DNA of 29,122 bases from a virus. Positions 25,813-29,122 of this stretch are shown one piece after another; position 1 is the first letter of the stretch, and the number at the start of each line of letters is the position of its first letter. A model generated the notes under the pieces. It saw only the letters and a list, made by a program, of their open reading frames with translations. It ran no database searches and was not told the origin of the DNA. The stretch lies in the IMG/VR virus record IMGVR_UViG_3300020156_000024, one strand, 5' to 3'. The position numbers and the translations under genes were made by a program.

Positions 25813-26010
25813 ATGACGAAGCGAACGTGGATGCTGCTCGTGTGGGTCGGCATCGTGGTAGCGGTCGGCGGCGTTGTCGCTGCGGCCGTGGGGTTCTCGA
25901 TGGACACGACCTATCCCGAGGAGGTCCCTGGGTGGTCGTTCGCCGTGATCTGGGTGGGGATCCTGCTGGCGGTCGGCGCGGTGGTCGGCCGCGCCGTCAC
26001 GAAGAGATGA
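25813..26010 (+). CDS. 65-aa two-TM membrane protein, antisense moron in tail operon
   Basis: MTKRTWMLLVWVGIVVAVGG..WSFAVIWVGILLAVGAVVG; TACGGT 6 nt before ATG; fills gap between minus-strand genes. Confidence 0.7.
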   Translation: MTKRTWMLLVWVGIVVAVGGVVAAAVGFSMDTTYPEEVPGWSFAVIWVGILLAVGAVVGRAVTKR

Positions 26011-26440
26011 CGGCTGCGGGTTCGGCTCCCATCCGGTAGTGCGACCAGCCCGTGTAGGTGGGGCGGCCGTTGAACAAGATCTCCTTGTTCTCCGACACGG
26101 GCTGGTCGACGGGGACCTCCCGGATGAAGTTGCAGCCCCAGCCCTCAATGACCGGACGCTTCCCGAGGAGCGCGGCCGCGACCTGGTCGAGGCCCCACAG
26201 GACCTCGTCGACGTCGCGGCCGACAGCGACGAACCGGGCGTCGTTGATCTTGGGGATGAGGTTGCCGCCGAGGTTCGCGATCTCCCCGCGGGCGGGGACT
26301 GGCCACTGCACAAGGTGCGGGAACTGCAGGCCCTCGTCGGGGATCTGCACGCCCCCATAGTGGTACTGCCACGTCGGGACCTGCGCTATGACCATCGCTT
26401 TGATGGCGAGCTGGAAGGGCCTCGAGATCTGCGCCATCAC
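25997..26440 (-). CDS. Putative tail terminator / tail completion protein
   Basis: Synteny (after HK97 gp10-like, before tube); 147 aa. Confidence 0.65.
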   Translation of the reverse strand: MMAQISRPFQLAIKAMVIAQVPTWQYHYGGVQIPDEGLQFPHLVQWPVPARGEIANLGGNLIPKINDARFVAVGRDVDEVLWGLDQVAAALLGKRPVIEGWGCNFIREVPVDQPVSENKEILFNGRPTYTGWSHYRMGAEPAAVISS

Positions 26441-26805
26441 GCCCCCGGCAGCGGGTCGATAGCGTCTAGGGCGGCATAGAAGTTCGGTTCTTCCTCATCC
26501 GCGGCCGGGCCCATGAACGGCTGCGGCGCCTGCCGCGATGTTCCGAGCTCGACGTACGGCGAGTACTCCGCTTCCGGCCCCGTGGTGCCGACCGCGATGT
26601 CCCGGTTCGATCCGATGAAGTCCGAGGTAATGGAGTTCCGCATGAACCCGGTCAGCACCGCGGCCCGCACTTTCCCGCCGGCCTCGGTCGCGAACGTGGA
26701 CTTGCGGACCGTGTTCCGGACCTGCTTCGTCGCCTCCTGGGAGCCGACCTCCACGTCGCGCTCGAACCGCCGGATCTCGATCCCGTCGATGCGGAGCTCA
26801 GCCAC
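26437..26805 (-). CDS. HK97 gp10-family phage protein
   Basis: VLTGFMRNSI..EYSPYVELGTSRQAPQPFMGPA. Confidence 0.88.
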   Translation of the reverse strand: MAELRIDGIEIRRFERDVEVGSQEATKQVRNTVRKSTFATEAGGKVRAAVLTGFMRNSITSDFIGSNRDIAVGTTGPEAEYSPYVELGTSRQAPQPFMGPAADEEEPNFYAALDAIDPLPGA

Positions 26806-26814
26806 CGTGCCTCC

Positions 26815-27255
26815 TCAGATCTGCGCTGGCGGGACGTTGGCACACACCAGGTCCCGCTCCCAGATCTGGGAACCGAACCGCACGTCATGCACCCACAGGG
26901 ACTCGTCCGGAAGGCGCGCGTCGCCGGCGGTGGCGACCACGACCTCGTCGTTGACGCGGATCTCCGGGGCGTCGGCGGGGAGCACCACGATGTAGTTGCG
27001 GATGATGACCTGCTGGCCGCCGATCTCGCGGGTGGTTTCGACGCCGTCGCGGACGACGCGCATCCGCGCGGCCCCGTCGACGCCGTACACCGTGACGGGC
27101 GGCGGGTAGTCGGTCTTCCCTGCGGGCTCGTTGAAGACGCCGGTGGCCGAGTATCGGCGGACGATGCCGGTCGCGGTCATGGCGCTCTCGGCGACGGGCC
27201 GGTTGCGGGCCTCCCAGTCGCGGTGGAAGACGCCGGTGCCAGGGAACGGCATCAC
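26815..27255 (-). CDS. Head closure/stopper-like protein (DUF6093-like)
   Basis: YIVVLPADAPEIRVNDEVVV..DARL pattern; synteny. Confidence 0.7.
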   Translation of the reverse strand: MMPFPGTGVFHRDWEARNRPVAESAMTATGIVRRYSATGVFNEPAGKTDYPPPVTVYGVDGAARMRVVRDGVETTREIGGQQVIIRNYIVVLPADAPEIRVNDEVVVATAGDARLPDESLWVHDVRFGSQIWERDLVCANVPPAQI

Positions 27256-27620
27256 AGGCCGCCGAGTTCACCGAGGGTGCGGTAGGACGCGTACGGGTCG
27301 AACGGGATGACGTCGATCGCCCACGGGCCCTCGTCGCCGTCTTGGTCGTCCTCCTCGCGCAGCTGCCGCGCCTGGGCGCGGAGCTCGGCGGCGACCGCGG
27401 GGCCATCGGTCTGGAGGTCAAGGGTCCTGATCTTCTTGGAGACCAGGACTTCGGAGGTGGCGATCGCATCCAGCGCCCGCGCCGCGGCGCGCTTGACGCG
27501 GCCCGACTCGATCGCCAGGTAGCCGGTGATCTGGTCGTCGGCAAGGAGGAAGTTGCCTTCCTCGACGTCGGCGATCAGAAGCCGGACCTGCCCGACCGGG
27601 GTCGTGTAGTCGATCGCCAC
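27252..27620 (-). CDS. Head-to-tail adaptor
   Basis: DYTTPVGQVRLLIADV..VKRAAARALDAIATSEVLVSKKIRTLDLQTDG. Confidence 0.8.
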   Translation of the reverse strand: MAIDYTTPVGQVRLLIADVEEGNFLLADDQITGYLAIESGRVKRAAARALDAIATSEVLVSKKIRTLDLQTDGPAVAAELRAQARQLREEDDQDGDEGPWAIDVIPFDPYASYRTLGELGGL

Positions 27621-27629
27621 CGCCTGCTC

Positions 27630-28805
27630 CTACTCGCCGATGATCCGGTCGAGGTCGGCCAGGAGGGTTTTGCGGCCCTTCCCTTCGACCTCCGCGGCGG
27701 CGGCGGCCTTCGCGCGGTCAACGTCGTCGCCGACCCACGCCAGGACATCGCCCGCGGTGCCGTCCGGGACGCTCTCGGCCGAGGCATCCTCGGCAGGCGC
27801 GGGTTCCTCGTTGTCGTTCGCGGGGTCGGCCGGGTCCTCCTCGACCGGCGTCGTCTCGGCGGGCACCGCAGCGGGGGCGGGCTCCTTGACCTCGACGGCG
27901 TCGACCGGCGGTTCGACCGCAGCGGGTTCGGCCACGGCGAGGATCGGCGTGCTGGCTTCCCGCCAAGCGGCCGTCTCCTCATCGGTCGCGAGGCGCACCC
28001 CGCGCCGCCGCATCGGCGACCCCTGCAGGTACGACATCGCGCCGCGCCGGGTCACCTCCGCGAACCCGTCCTCGAAGCGGACGTTGATCGTGGGGATGTG
28101 CAGGTCCGGGTACTTGGTGGACTTGAACAGCATGGGGAGACCTCCTGGCTGGTAGCTGTCGGCATTGGGCAGGCGCAGGACCGCGCCCGAGAAGTCGGTG
28201 CTGAGCGCCGAAGCGGTGGCACCGATGAAGCGGTGCGCGGTGCGCCCGGCGTGGCCGCGGCCGGGAACGAGCGAAGGCGATTCGCGGTGGTCGACGAGCG
28301 AGGGCCACGGGTACCAGACCGGTGTCTCGCGCCGCTCGAACCATTTCGAGATGCGCGTGTCGTAGTTCGGGATCGGAAGCCGGTCGCACCAGGCCACCAG
28401 CTCGTCGATGACGTTCGTGGGGATGACGATGGCGACACCCCAGTTGAGCCTGTCCATGACCAGCCACGAAGCGCCGTCGGCGCGAGCGACGTACTCGGCG
28501 ACCATCTCCCCGTACGGGCGGACCCGGCCGACGTAGAGGCAGACCGGGACGTCGTCGGGGGCGTGCGCGAGCGCGGCCTCGACGCCGGCGACGAGATCAG
28601 CGGGGATGACGGCGTCGTCTTGGACGACGAGGTGGTGGGTGGCGGCGGGGTCGTAGGCGAGGAGGGCGCGGCGGCCTGTGCCCCACCGGGAGTTCGACCC
28701 GTCGTCCCACACCACGCGGGCGAGACGGTCGAGTTTCACCTTGAGCTCAGGGACGAACGCCGCCCGCTTCTGGTGGGCCATGATCGCCACCGAGACGCTA
28801 GCCAC
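27630..28805 (-). CDS. Glycosyltransferase-like domain fused to small head-module protein
   Basis: SVAIMAH..THHLVVQDDAV..YPWPSLVDHRESPSL GT-A-like motifs; internal AGGAGG-7-ATG28133 begins an acidic protein ending in DVLAWVGDD..GKGRKTLL. Confidence 0.75.
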   Translation of the reverse strand: MASVSVAIMAHQKRAAFVPELKVKLDRLARVVWDDGSNSRWGTGRRALLAYDPAATHHLVVQDDAVIPADLVAGVEAALAHAPDDVPVCLYVGRVRPYGEMVAEYVARADGASWLVMDRLNWGVAIVIPTNVIDELVAWCDRLPIPNYDTRISKWFERRETPVWYPWPSLVDHRESPSLVPGRGHAGRTAHRFIGATASALSTDFSGAVLRLPNADSYQPGGLPMLFKSTKYPDLHIPTINVRFEDGFAEVTRRGAMSYLQGSPMRRRGVRLATDEETAAWREASTPILAVAEPAAVEPPVDAVEVKEPAPAAVPAETTPVEEDPADPANDNEEPAPAEDASAESVPDGTAGDVLAWVGDDVDRAKAAAAAEVEGKGRKTLLADLDRIIGE

Positions 28806-29122
28806 GGGCGAATCCGTACGTCGGGGTCTTCGCGAAGCAGCCGAAGCACTTGTAGCCCTTCGGCAGTGCGTCTTCGAGCGCGTGACGGTCGCCTTCGGCG
28901 TAGATCACCGGGGAGTACGCAGCGATCGTGTCGGCGGCACCGACGAGGACCGAAGCGGCAGTGCCCTCGACATCGATCTTGATGAGCCGGACCTCGTCGA
29001 GGCCGAGCGCATCGATCGTGGTGATCGGCACCTGTCCGGCGTCCTGCTGATCGGCGCCGCGGTCGCGCTTGACCGCGACGGTCCCGGAGTTCCCCGCGAG
29101 CGCGGGCGGCTGGACGCGGCCC
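28798..29122 (-). CDS. FkbM-family methyltransferase (5' part outside window)
   Basis: Frame open to window edge; GNSG..VPITTIDALGLDEVRLIKIDVEG..PVIYAE. Confidence 0.85.
   Translation of the reverse strand, partial: GRVQPPALAGNSGTVAVKRDRGADQQDAGQVPITTIDALGLDEVRLIKIDVEGTAASVLVGAADTIAAYSPVIYAEGDRHALEDALPKGYKCFGCFAKTPTYGFARG

Larger units (their letters stand above)
13246..29122 (-). mobile_element. Siphovirus-type (pro)phage late region
   Basis: Canonical order head-tail connectors, tube, TAC, TMP, Dit, hub, lysis. Confidence 0.93.

Overview
High-GC actinobacterial sequence that reads as part of a siphovirus-type (pro)phage genome. The right half (13246-29122, minus strand) is a late operon: FkbM methyltransferase, a glycosyltransferase-like fusion, head-tail connectors, major tail protein, a -1 frameshifted tail chaperone pair, tape measure, Dit, minor tail proteins and a lysis cassette. 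The left half (1-13170, mostly plus strand) is an accessory region converging on it. It holds an XRE/DUF5753-DUF397 pair with a divergent mini-operon, an array of small genes punctuated by repeated promoters, operators and hairpins (GNAT, HTH proteins, PNK-type phosphatase), an actinomycete dsDNA conjugation module (DUF2637 protein, TraB/FtsK translocase, clt-like repeats), an XRE protein and an ATP-dependent DNA ligase. The main oddities are the TraB module next to phage virion genes and a 50-aa ORF that copies an internal TraB segment. No integrase, replication gene, capsid/terminase, RNA gene or CRISPR array was seen in the window. Family calls come from motif recognition by eye, not from database searches.
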